From Cenococcum geophilum (taxonomy: Eukaryota): a stretch of 64,000 nt of DNA. The notes under the pieces are model-generated. The model made no database searches, was not told the origin of the DNA, and saw only the letters and a list, made by a program, of their open reading frames with translations. A program made the translations under genes and the position numbers. Shown piece by piece: positions 52,416 through 64,000 of the stretch (positions within the stretch are counted from its first letter, which is position 1; every line of letters starts with the position of its first letter). The stretch covers positions 1,364,001 to 1,428,000 of the forward strand of contig CP158635.1 of NCBI GenBank assembly GCA_050273025.1, read 5' to 3'.

Positions 52416-53111
52416 CTTAATAAGAAATAAAATATAAGGTATATTCGACTTATATATTCGCAATTACCTCCTTCTAAGTTACTACTTAATGCGGTTATAA
52501 TAACCTATCCTTTAGCTCTACCTTTTTTTAATTACCTAATACGAAGCCTTCCGACTTCCGCGAAGCCTCTATTATATTACCAGAGCTATTAGTTGTAGAG
52601 CCAACAAATATCTTCACGGCGGAAGGAGCCTCTGAATATTATGCCAAGGCGGATGCATCGCGACGCTCACCACCTCCTTTTCTTTCTTATCGTTAACCTC
52701 CGATTTCGCTCCTCCTAGGGGTATGATAGGATTTTGGTGCGGCGCGATTGTAATTTGGGCTTAAATGGCTTCATAGATGTAATTTAAGGGTAAGGAATTC
52801 GTGCGCGCGATCGTATGAGGCTTTGGATAAGGGCAAGGCGCGTATGCGAGTAGGTGGTGATCGTTGGGGTATGGGAACTTGAAAAGCTTCGAAGGCTTTA
52901 AAGTCAACGATGTCAAATTAAGAGTCTTACTTATTAAGATCTAACTACAATCGGCCGTTAAACCCCATATTGAACTCGTCAATATTGAGGTTGACGCTAC
53001 TCGGAGCTGGCTCCTCAATTAGGAATAGATTGTGGCTATGCACGCCAAAATAGCGTCAATATTGTGTCAAATTCTTGTGCGAAAGGTCCCTATTCACCAT
53101 ATCTCACTATT

Positions 53112-54163
53112 ATGGCACGCACAACTCGAAGAGGCCCTGCGCATCCTTACTTTCGCGCTCCCACTCCTCCAGCGCACCCCCGGCCCACGCCCATCCCTTT
53201 CGACGAGCCCTGCTGTTTCGCCGAGCTTTACACCGGACTGACCGCGCAAGCTCTGGATTCGGAATCTGCTCTCATCCTCGTCCCGAAAGACTACAACGGC
53301 GATGACTCCTCAGACGAATACTGGCGCCAGCAAGCTGAGTCCTCAGAATGCTTTAAGACATGTATTGCTTACGAGCAGATTGGCGAGTCGCACCCGCATC
53401 TTGTCCCGTTCGTTATCCCTTCACTTTAGCTACACTTCAATCATTCCACGTACATTACTGAAAGCTTTGTGCCAGATACCTTCAACGAGATGCGTGGACA
53501 GGCTTGCCGGTTCTTGCACGTCCGTCAGGACCACCGCTGACCGATTTTCTCCTCCAACACCAGAAGGAAATGTATCCCAGCGATTCCGAATCAGCACCCG
53601 CCACCATTTCAGGCCCTTATCGTCCGCTAGTGCTTCAATGGGCGCTCCAGCTTCTCTCCGGGCTAAGATTCGTCCATTCTCACGGCATTATCTTCGGCGA
53701 CTTGAACCCCTCGGCTTGCTGGCTGAATTCTGACCTGTCTGTCGCGCTCGTGGGCTTCGTCTCCGCGCAGTTCCGCGACAGCTACGACGTGCTGCATCTT
53801 GGATCCACGCATTCGGGGGACCTGTTTCGGCTTAGTGAGATGCAGCGCCGGGTAAGTGTTAAAAGCGACTTGTTCGACTGGGCGAACTTAGTGTTTCAGC
53901 TCATGACGAATCGCACGCCGGTGGGACCGGAGCGGCCACTTAATACAGTCGTGGCACAGATAGCACGGCGGGAGTTTCCGGCTCTGTCGCACGAATTGAT
54001 GGGAAATGTTGTGAGGAAGTGCTGGATGCAGGAGTATGAGAACGTGGATAATGTAAACCACGATGTGGAAGTCTATTTGCAAGAGCACGGGTACGAGATT
54101 GAGAAGAATCGTTTAAATGAATTCGACCCGTCTTCAATCACTAGCATACAAACTAGAGAGTAG
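53112..54163 (+). CDS. Protein kinase-like fold protein (probable pseudokinase), 2 exons (53112-53407, 53476-54163)
   Basis: A GTTCGT..CAG intron joins the two track ORFs in frame. Motifs: HPHLVPY, WALQLLSGLRFVHSHGIIFGDL, VKSDLFDW, VVRKCW. Normal CpA content. Confidence 0.82.
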
Positions 54164-54620
54164 GGTATCTAGAGATATAAACATGAAAGCGGGTATTCAC
54201 ACCGCCTCTAAATTAAGCTCAGCAAAAGTATATCATCTTGTACCTGTATAAGGCAAGTGCGTTAAAGTCCGTCGGTATGGAATATACGCTCCGTGAGGCT
54301 AGGATGTCTACTAGGTATATCACGCTCAGCTCTGGTCTTTCCAGGATGCTAAAAAGACTCCAAAACGACATCTCAACATATAGAGTGACGAAAACCAAGT
54401 TGACTTGGCCTATATAATGCGAGGTAGAGAGGTCCAAATTCTGTATAGCATATGCCACAACTTTAGAGAGTCTAAAGTAACTATTTCTAGACCATCGCGC
54501 CTCTAGCCCCACTTAATAGTTAGCAAGTTCTTGATGGTGTACGATTTTAGATTTATGACTATTCTTGAACATCTATTTTCACTAAGTACCTGAATGGGAC
54601 CTATCTATATACAGAGTAAC

Positions 54621-54995
54621 TGTAACGTGTCCCGCCCCACGTCGCCAAATGGCCAAAAAGACAGACTGTACTCGCGAATATATCGCGACTGTGACGGGAT
54701 CTAATATATGTACTCTTACAATTGCCCTCCCTTCCGCGCGCTCGTCCTCGAGCGCCCTGCCGCAAGGGGTCCGCCTACCAAGAAGAAGCCCACATATATT
54801 AGCGTCTCCCAGTAACGTAGGCCTTGCCGGGTCGCAACCGCGCCGGACTCATCCGACGCCCCCTCGCATCTAACCCCTGTAGATGCGCGTTGACTGCAAC
54901 TACCAGAGCAAAGTGCGACCGTCGGGAATCGCACCGTCGGGAATCGTACCCTCGGTCTCCTGGCGGCCTCCGAACACCTAGCTCCAATATATTCG
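54621..54995 (-). mobile_element. Truncated, diverged relative of the 37661 TRIM (one LTR at 54621-54720 plus internal region)
   Basis: Colinear similarity to 37661-38000: tgtaacgt..cacgtcgcca..ggccaaaaagac..tactcttacaattgccctc, cccagtaacgta, taccagagc. The second LTR is absent. Confidence 0.85.
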
Positions 54996-56470
54996 AGGCC
55001 TCACTTCCGAATAGCTTTCTTGAAATTATCATAATTTTCGGATTTCAGTATGCACGAGCCAGCAGTGTGCACGAAGTGGCACGAGCTTCTAAGAGCTATA
55101 GTGTGTATGATTAGTGACGCCCTTAATTAATTATTTAAAGTTAATAAAGGGATACTATATATAAGCGTAGCTTTTCGCGTAGACTTATAAATACCAGATT
55201 CGAAATCTATAATAGCTTTATAAGTTCTACTCCTTTAGGTCCATATTAATCCATTCGTTGTGGGGAAATAGGGTAACAAATCAGTAATTTAATTTTAACG
55301 ATGTAGCGGTGTTCAGGGGGTAACCGAGTTCTAGGGATCCGAGCTTTAACGAAATCGGCTTCAACCCTCAACCGCGCAGAAACGACTCCGCCCCACCAGT
55401 TGTCCAGGGCGTAGCTTGCACCTAACCTTACACAACTAGTGTATAAGCAGGGGCTTAAAAGTTAATCTTGGCCAAGATTCACGCTAGCTATGCTTAGCCT
55501 GTTTCAATGCTTTTTCTAACTTGTAATCTATCTTAGAGGCTAAATCAAAACCTTTTAAATTTCCGCTGCCTCCGACGTTGAAATAGAGTTGCGGTAAGGG
55601 CAAGCTCTGCACGCTGCTTATGATCCTTTTGAACTAAGTATGCCACGTGGACACACAGCGTACACAGGACCAATGCGTGGTAATTGGCCATTAGTTTGAC
55701 TTGTGCAAGCCACCTACGTTGAGGGTCTTGTGAGGTTCGTTTGGAAAGATTGATATTATCCCTTCCAGCGGTAGCGTCCTACCACTAGGGTCCGTGTGTA
55801 CGCACAATTGTGGTTATATTGGCGAGACTCTTATCGATAACTGTAGGACGAATTGTACCGTTGGAAGGGATACTATCAACTCGATACATAGCTTCGTAGC
55901 GGGTGGTGGCATCCAAAGGCCAAATTCAAAACTCTTTGACCGCAACACCTGCGTGCCTGAAGTGTGCTTTAGCAACGTCATCTGCTTCCCACGGTATCTA
56001 TGCACCAATTAAGAACGACTTAAAATCTTGCTCTAGATTCTCTATACTATAGCCGTAGCTATAGCTATAGCTAAAGGGGCTTCTAGTTAAAATATAAGGC
56101 CTTTAGACGTTAGGCCCGCTAGGACTTATCTAAATAGTCTAATAAGCCCTTAACCTTGCTGGCTATCTGCTTATATTTAGCGCGTAAAGCCTTTAGTTAA
56201 TTAGTAAGAAGTAGTATAGCTTAGTAAAGAATTAACAGCTAATTTAGGCTCCCCTCCTCTTCCTATAGGTAGGGCTCTAAATTCTACGCAAAGGCTTTAT
56301 ACGCCTTATACTAAAAAACAGGGTAGCTCTATATTAGATAGCTTAGGAATATCTTATAAAGGGTTACTAAGTCTTATAGAATAACCTTATAAAGGTAAAA
56401 GAGAAGGTTTATAACCCCTATAGCAGTAAGGTTATTAATCTAGTATAGCTATAGGCTAAAGCGGCCCTTC

Positions 56471-57614
56471 TATTAGCGACTCAGTCAATCAAGACATAAG
56501 CACGGCAAAAGGGTCGCGCAAGCCTATACGATTGGATTGTCTATAAACGAGAATCTAAAGCTAGGGAAAGGAAAGGAGAAAAAGAGCAGCGCCGTTCGAT
56601 GTTTTATAAGATCTTCGCGTCACGTGATCGCAATATGCGGCAATCTATGGCAACTTGCCGGTGCGTAGTTCTGCCAAGTTCTGCTAAGTTCTACCAGTGC
56701 TATAATATTACCCCCCCCTCTAAAAAAGCCTGCCCTTAGGCTTTGCCGCTAAAAGTCTTAGTAAGAGAATCTAACTAATTAGATAACTTTAACCGCCGGT
56801 TAAAGTTCCTGGATATTTTAATACCTTATATAACTAAGAAATTTCTAGGGCGTTTTTATTCTTATATTCTTCTAGTAGCTTATCGTCTTTATTATACTAG
56901 TATTTTATCTACTTATCTAGGTACTTTAGCGGTCTAGGTTTATTAGGGTAACGGCTATAAAACTCCTAAAGCTTATAGGGGCTACCTATAAAGTTCTATA
57001 TAGGGTATTAAGTAAGGTTTAGGTTATATCCTTTCCAACTAATATAATACTTTAACGTTCCCTTTACAAGTTTATAGGCTAGTATTTCTTTAATTTCCTA
57101 TTTATTATTATCGTTAACTTAAATTGGCAGGGGAGGCTTATTCTTTTATCTAGGTAGTAGGTTATTTATAGCTTTCCATAGCTTATCTAGTAAGAAAATA
57201 GGATAAACTTTAATTAAGTCTGGGAGCTTAACCTTATATAAGTTGCCTACTTTATTAAGAATCTTATACGGTCCTACTATCTTATAGTCTAGCTTATGGC
57301 TAGGCTATTTTATCTTCTAGTTCTTTATTATAATCTAGACCATATCGCCTATAGTAAAGTTAGGCTCGCGCCTATACTTATTTGCCTACTATTTTATTAA
57401 TTTTTAAGCCTTTTTTAGGTTTGTATAGGCTACTTTCTAGGCTTTTTTTAAGCGCTTAGCGTACTACTAGGCTTTTTTATAAGATAGTTTTTCGCGTATA
57501 GTTTGGGGCTCTTTTAGTCTTTTCTAGTTAAAGCTTATACGGGGTAGGTACCCTATTTCTAGTTAAATAGGGGTAAATCCGGTAGAGTTATAGGGTAGGA
57601 TAGCTTAGGCGTAG
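56471..57614 (-). mobile_element. 3' end of Gypsy element F (family of the outer host element)
   Basis: LTR 56471-56707 is homologous to the split LTR 31786/46061. PPT complement ccccccctc follows. 56930-57614 aligns with 7604-8271. Confidence 0.85.
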
Positions 57615-60600
57615 TGTAACGGAACCTAGTAGCAAGAACTACAATGGGCTCGTTAATGGGCTAGGTATATAGGTGATGCAAATTAAAGTTAATAATGTAA
57701 TAATAACTGGTAGAGTTGTTGCCTAATAGATTAACTCTAATTATATTCTAAGAATCACTATAAGGAAGGAACTATTTAGGTAGGGACTAAGGGTCCTTAA
57801 ATATATAACTGTACTCCTATAAAATCCTTCTTATACGTAATGTATATATACTTTATCTACTCTATTACGGATTATATAGATCCTACAAATTATATAGATT
57901 ACCCCACGTGACTTTAGTTACTATTCCTTGTTATATAGCTCTATCGGCTCTATCCTAGACTGTGCTTAAATTAATTAACTAGCTTCCTTTAACTCCTCTC
58001 CTAGTAGTTATAATATTGTACTTAAAGCGTCCGTAATACTATCTCCCTCCTCTTTATCTTCGTCCTTAAAGATTCCTAATATCTTTAAGTTATTTACTAA
58101 AGGTATAATGTCCGTCTAATTAATTTGGTTAATATTATTGCTTATTATACCTAAAGCAATTTCTTCTTTCTTAACTGCTCGTCGTATTTGCACTATTACT
58201 GTAATATTGTCTCTTAGCGAGATTATACTATCTCTATATTCTCGTTGTTTAAAAGAGGGACTGGTCTATATTATGTTAGCAAGTCTATCTTTATAACAAC
58301 CGTCCTTTTACTTAAAGTGCACTAAAGCGAATATTCGTTCGTCCTATGACGTTCGCTCCGTCTCTAATGCTAAATATTTATAACCTATTACTCTTAATAG
58401 TCGTCTAGTTTCTTAGTTAATTTGTCTTAGGGTCTTATATTTAATCTATTACTACGCGGCTAGATAATAAACTATCTATTACTTTTGCTAAATTGCGCCG
58501 TTCTTAGGACGCTAAACGGGAGGCTGCTAATACTTAGCAACGGGCCCTTAAGTCTTGTCTTACGGCGTCTACTTAGTTAATCCGTCTTAAGAAGGTGCGT
58601 AAGAAGGTCTATTTTAAGGAGTAGAAACTTATAAAATAGGGTTTATAGGAACTTAGTAATAAAAGAACAGATTCTCCTTTAATAGAGAAGGAAACAGATC
58701 TAAGTAACTTAGCAACTACTTTTCTTAGATCCCCCTTAGGTGACTTATTCTTTAGCGATCCTTCTTTATTAATGCTACTTAACCTAATTTCTTCCGATAC
58801 TCCTATACCTTTCCTATAGCATTCTTTAAATTCTCTAATAGCTCCTAGGTAGTCTTAGTGTAGCCTATCTACTTAACCTCGTACTATATTTTATTGTTAG
58901 TGTCCTTATAATTAATAATCTTTAAAACTTACTATTTGTTTTCTTTCTATCCTTTATATATGTCTGCTTTATAGGCCAGTGGCTTAATATTCCTGTATAC
59001 TAGCTCTAGTATTACGATATACTGTATAGGGTAGATCTTTATTTTAGCTAGTAGGTTTAACTTAAATGTAACTAGTGAAATTCTTTATTTAATTTTAAAA
59101 GGTCCTAGTCTAATATAGTCTAACTTCTTACTTAGTTATCGACTCTTAAAGTTTTTATGTAGTAGCTATACTTTATCTCCCTCCTTAAGATCTAGTCCCT
59201 TAGATCTCTTAGTATTATAGTACCTTTTTATTCTCTCTTATACTTTCTTTACTAATTCTATAAGGTCTGCATAAAGATTTATTAACGTCTTTATTCTTTC
59301 TTTAGCTGTACTACTCGTTTTCTTTATTTATTATAGTAATAATAATGTTCTTGGCTTATATCTATAATTTGCCTTAAATAGTAATATGCCTATTCCTTCT
59401 TAAGGTGTTATATTGTATATAAACTGTATAACTAGTAATAGCGATACCTAATTGTTCTATACGTGATTAATATAGTATTTTAGATACTGCTTTAGTGTCT
59501 AATTTAGTCTTTCCGTTTAACCGTCTATCTGTAGATAATATGCGGTAGAAGTTACTGCTTAAACTCCTTACTCCGCTAAGAATACTTCCTAGAATGCTAC
59601 TACGAATCTTAGATCTCTATCCGATATAATCTTACTTAGTGCTCTATATCTTATAAACACTTCTTTAATATAGATTCTAGTAATATCTTCCGCTAAGATT
59701 TCTTCTATATATACTATAAAGTATCCCCACTTTATAAGCTTATCTACTATTACTAAGATCGCGTTATAATCTTGTCCGGTAATAGGATCTCTTAACTTTA
59801 GTAACTTAATAATAAAGTCCTATAATATAACCTCTTATAGTTTCTCTAGTGTCTTAATAGGTTATAGCCCTCCGTATAGCTTATACCTTATTAATTTATT
59901 TCTTTAGCAATCTAGATATTCTCTTATAACTTTTTGCGCTAGTTTTTAGATTCTATTAATAATATACTCCTTTTAGAGTCTTAATACTAAGCCTGTGGCT
60001 CTATTATGTCCTTAAGTTAATCCCTTATAGAATTCTTTTATAAATTGTTCTGCTATGCTTCTTAGGATGTACTTTATTTCTTAGTTTTTGTATATATCCA
60101 TCTATAGATCTTTTAGTTATGCTTCTAGAATTCTTTATACCTAAAAGCTTTTTAGTAACTTGTAAACTCTATCTAGTTCTTCTTAAGTTGCTATAATTTT
60201 TAAATAATTATACCTAATTAATCCGTCTATATCCTTTCGTAGTAAAGCCCCTAATGGCTTCTTATTATTTTGCAGTTTAGCTTTACGGCTTAAAGTATCT
60301 GCTTATATGTTATTTATGCCCTTAGTATATTAAATCTTAAAATAGTATTCTGCAAGTATCTCTGCCTATCTAACCTATCTTTAGTTAAGTTCCTTTATCA
60401 TTAGGAATTCTATTAGGTTCTTATAATCTATTTTAACTATAAATAGTTTTTCTATGCCTTATAAGAATGCTCTTTATTTCTTTAATGCTGTAACTATACC
60501 TAATAACTCCTTGTTATAGATGTTATAGTTTAACTTTAATAGTGTTATCTTTTAACTGTAATATGCCACTAGGTGCTATCTATCTTAATATTTCTATATA

Positions 60601-63600
60601 AAGTACGCCCCTAGTATATAGTCTAATGCATCCGTTTCTATAACCGTTTTTAGTCCTAGTTAATAGATCTTAAGAACTAGCTCCTAGGTAAACAACTCTT
60701 TAACTTTCTTAAAAAGTTCCTTTTGTTCCTCTCCCTATACCTATAGTTCTTCTTTCTTCGTTAACCACGTAAATGGCTTAATACCCTTTAACTATTGCGC
60801 TATAAACCTTTTATAGTAATTGCAAAACCCTAAAAACAATCTTAACTACGTAACGTTCTCTAGTTCTTACCAATTTACTATAGCCTTAATCTTCTTTAGA
60901 TTTATACTAAGTTAGCCTAGTTTAATAATAAATCCAACGAAATTGGTCTTCCTTATAAAGAACTTGCATTTCTTAATTGCTATTAGCATCTATTCTTCTT
61001 ATAGTCTCTTTAAGACCTATTTAACGTATTCTCCGTATTCTTCCTTAGTTATTAAGTAGATAATAATGTCGTCGAGGTATACTATAATAAATTTATCTAA
61101 GTATTCTCCTAATACGTTGTTAATACGCTTCTAGAACGTTACTAGTGCGTTTATAAGCCCAAATTGTATAACTAATGGTTTATATAGTCCTTCCTTTGAC
61201 CTAAAGGCTGCCTTCTATTTATCGCCTTCCTTAATTCTAATCTAATGGTACGCCCATCTTAGATCTATTTTTGTAAAGATTTGCGCATTATCTATCCTGT
61301 TTTAGATTTCGCTAATTAAGGGTAAAGGATACCTATTCTTTCTAGTAATGCTATTTAACTATCTATAGTTAATATACAGCCTTAGTTTACTATTCTTTTT
61401 TAGCATAAATAGTACTAGATAACCCGCTAATAACTATAATAGTCTAATATATCCCTTTTATAAGTTCTCTTAGATAAACTCTTTTAGTGCTTTACCTTCT
61501 TCTTCAGTAAGCTTATAGATTAGAAAGAACCTTAGACTTATTCTTAGTTCTAATTCTATTTTATAGTCCTATACTATATACTCTAACAGCTTTTCACTTT
61601 CTAGTGACTATAGTTTCTTACTATACTTATGGTATCTCTTTGGTATATAGCTTAGCCCTTTTTCTATTTCTTTATAGGTCGCTTCTACTTAGTACTATAC
61701 TAACTTGGCTTATTATCGTATCTTACGGCGTTAAGTATCTCTAATATTGACCTAACCTGTAACCCAATCAATTTTTAGATTATATTCCTATAACTAAGGC
61801 ATTTCTAGTACTGCCTTATTATTTCCTAATAGTAATATATCGAAAGACATCTTAATTTATCTCCCCTTAATAGTTAGCTAAATAGGTCCTGTTTTAAGAT
61901 TAATAATACCTCCTCTATAGGCTATCGGATCTCCTAAAATTGTTACTAATAGGTAAGGATATTCCTTCTGTCTGTGTAGTAACCCTATTCTTCTAACTAC
62001 TGCTAGCGAGATGTGGTTCCTTATTACTCCACTATCTATTAGTGCCTTAAATTGTTAATCTTGCCATTTAACTCGTAAATTTAGGTATTATCCTTAAATT
62101 CCTTTAAGGGTCTAAGGCTCTACTACTGGTTCCCTCTAGTCCTATAGGCCTCTGCTTTTCCTAACTATTAGCTATTAGATCCTGTTTGTACTTAGTCCTA
62201 CTTAGGCCAATACTTAGTTCGCTTTTTATCTTTAATATACTATAGATAGGTGTTCTTTAGACATTCCCACCATTGCCGTCTATCTAGGCATTCTTCCGTA
62301 AGGAATCTTCCTAGTTAAAGTATTAAGTCCCCTTATTTTTAAACTTCCACGGGGTGCCAATTATATATATACTTAGCGTTTCGGTACTTTACCTTATCCG
62401 TCATCTAATATATCCTTATTAGATACTTCCGATTTTTATCTTTTAGTGCTCTATGCATATTATACGCATTATCTACGCATGCTATCTACGATAGTATATA
62501 ATATGCTTAGTGTCTTAGGTCAACTCTTAGTTCGTCTTTATTCTTAAGTTTAAACCGCTCTCGTATTAATCTAAGCGTTATGACTTCGTTTATAGGTACT
62601 AAGATTCGTCTTTCGCTTCTCTAGTCCTCTAATTACTCCTCTAGATCTTTTAACGTTATAATTAAGGCTCCCTTAATATAAGTTATAGCCTTTTCTGTAA
62701 TCGGGTGGTCTTAGACAACTTTTTCGTCTAGCTATATATAGAAATTTTCCTACTCGTCATTATATCGTTGCCTATACCACTTCTAGTACAGCTGCTTAAG
62801 TATATACGGCTCGTCCATAAGGAAATATCTCTTTATTACTACGTTGTAATAGCCTTTAGTATGTCGTTCCTTAAACCTAGTAGGAATCTCTAGATCCTCT
62901 TCTTACTCCAGTTTGGTAAGCTACTTAGCTCTTAGTATGCCTACTCTAGGCCTATTAGTGATCCTTTATACTAGCGCTCTGTCCCTTATATATCCCAATA
63001 TACTAGATCTCTTATCTAGTTTCTGTTCTTGCTATAAGGTAATTCTTACTCTAAATTCCTCTATAGTTTCCTTTATATCGCGTCTTACGAGTAGATCCTT
63101 AAAGTCTCCTTACTTCTTAATCTTGGTATTAATTCTTTAATCTTTAGGCCGAACACTATATTCCCTTAGTAAGTCCTCTAGGTTTATATATTTATCTCCT
63201 AGCCTAACTGCTATTTATATTACAGATTCTCTAATTTATAAAGAAGCCTCTTACCTCTTACTTATAGGTGTCCTAATTCGCGCTCTAAATTCTTAGTCCC
63301 TTAGGTTCTTTAATCCTAAGCTTACTTCTAACTTAAGTTTAGCTCTTGCCTTAGTCCAACTAGGCGTCCGTAGTGTTCTTATCTCGTCTTAAGAGTTTTA
63401 AATCTCACTTATCTCATCTTAAGAATCTTGTGCCTGTGGGAAACTCTATCCCAAGCTTATTCGTATATTTTTAAACTAAGCTACTACCCTACTCTATCGG
63501 TTTTTGTCCATTATAGGTCCTTAAGTATACCTTATTTTATCTTAAGAATTTTAGTCATCTCTTATCTCGTTATAAGAATCTTAAGCCTTTAGCCTTTTGC

Positions 63601-64000
63601 CTTTATTAAGTGCCGAAGTGGTTTACTATCCTACTTCTCTTACGTTTTATAAAGCGATAGACATTGTATCTAGTGGGGTTTTGATCCCTACTAATGTTCC
63701 CTATTCTATAGTGGAATTATCCTCTACCTTTGGTATAACATCTCCGAGGTCTACGTGCTCTTAGTAAGCCGCCTCTATCGCCTTATTATTATGGAATGTT
63801 TTGCCTGTATTAAATTTATCGTCCTTAATATCCGATCTATAAACTAGTTCATTAGTCCCTTTACATTCTATAGATTTTAGCTCCTATAGCCAATAGCTTA
63901 CGCCATACTTAGCGTCTTTATAAATTAGTATATGTTATTATAATAGAACGCAAAACTTCTAATTAAACATTCCTTTATTCCTTATAGTATACTATCGTTT
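57615..64000 (-). mobile_element. Chromoviral Gypsy element G inserted in F, continuing beyond the window
   Basis: LTR at about 57615-58038 (tgtaacgga..tccgtaata) with PPT complement. Chromodomain ~58850, integrase, RNaseH, RT (YLDDII ~61070) and protease (ALIDSG ~62040) are on the minus strand. Confidence 0.87.

Larger units (their letters stand above)
46482..53091. mobile_element. PIF/Harbinger-clan (Pangu-like) two-gene DNA transposon
   Basis: 15-bp TIRs AGGGACCTTTYGCAC (46482-46496, 53077-53091, one mismatch) and 3-bp TSD ATT. TTGACG motifs are repeated subterminally at both ends. Confidence 0.88.
4860..64000. other. RIP-mutated AT-rich repeat block, with un-RIPped islands at about 53100-56000 and in short elements
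   Basis: Abrupt switch to TpA-rich, CpA/TpG-poor sequence. Paired LTRs differ almost only by C/T and G/A transitions, and transposon ORFs are full of TAA/TAG at Gln/Trp positions. Confidence 0.92.

Noticed and set aside
55947..55958. 12-bp match (acctgcgtgcct) to the transposon subterminus at ~46029
   Set aside because: Isolated short match without TIR or further similarity; probably chance.
6953..63140. Short track ORFs in the repeat block (e.g. 17039, 29152, 37647-38074, 47581-48833, 54649-55114, 62913)
   Set aside because: They are antisense or chance frames within RIPped or non-coding elements and have no recognisable domains.
4860..64000. Starship or other giant cargo-carrying element
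   Set aside because: No tyrosine-recombinase captain gene or cargo gene array was recognised; most of the block is explained by nested TEs.

Overview
Filamentous ascomycete genomic DNA. Bases 1-~4860 are gene-dense, with a 7-exon APC-family amino-acid permease (+) and a convergent 4-exon cytochrome P450 (-). From ~4860 to the end the sequence is an AT/TpA-rich, RIP-mutated block of nested transposons that can be unpacked by TSDs. A Gypsy element hosts three Copia copies, one carrying a pogo-type MITE. Its 5' LTR is split by a 14.2-kb DNA transposon (about 7.0 kb native) with 11-bp CCCTTAACCCG TIRs and a 2-bp AT duplication. That element encodes an intron-rich DDE transposase with a CxxH motif plus a convergent small zinc-finger-like gene, and nearly all its introns contain 11-bp-period arrays of the palindrome AAC-NN-GTT. 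This is the most unusual system in the window. Further right lie a two-gene PIF/Harbinger-clan (Pangu-like, ATT TSD) transposon inserted 20 bp before the ATG of an un-RIPped kinase-like gene, a 2-kb non-coding LTR element, self-priming TRIMs carrying a tRNA-like T-arm, and two more Gypsy elements. All proteins inside repeats were read by eye through RIP damage, so their boundaries are approximate and no database search was run.
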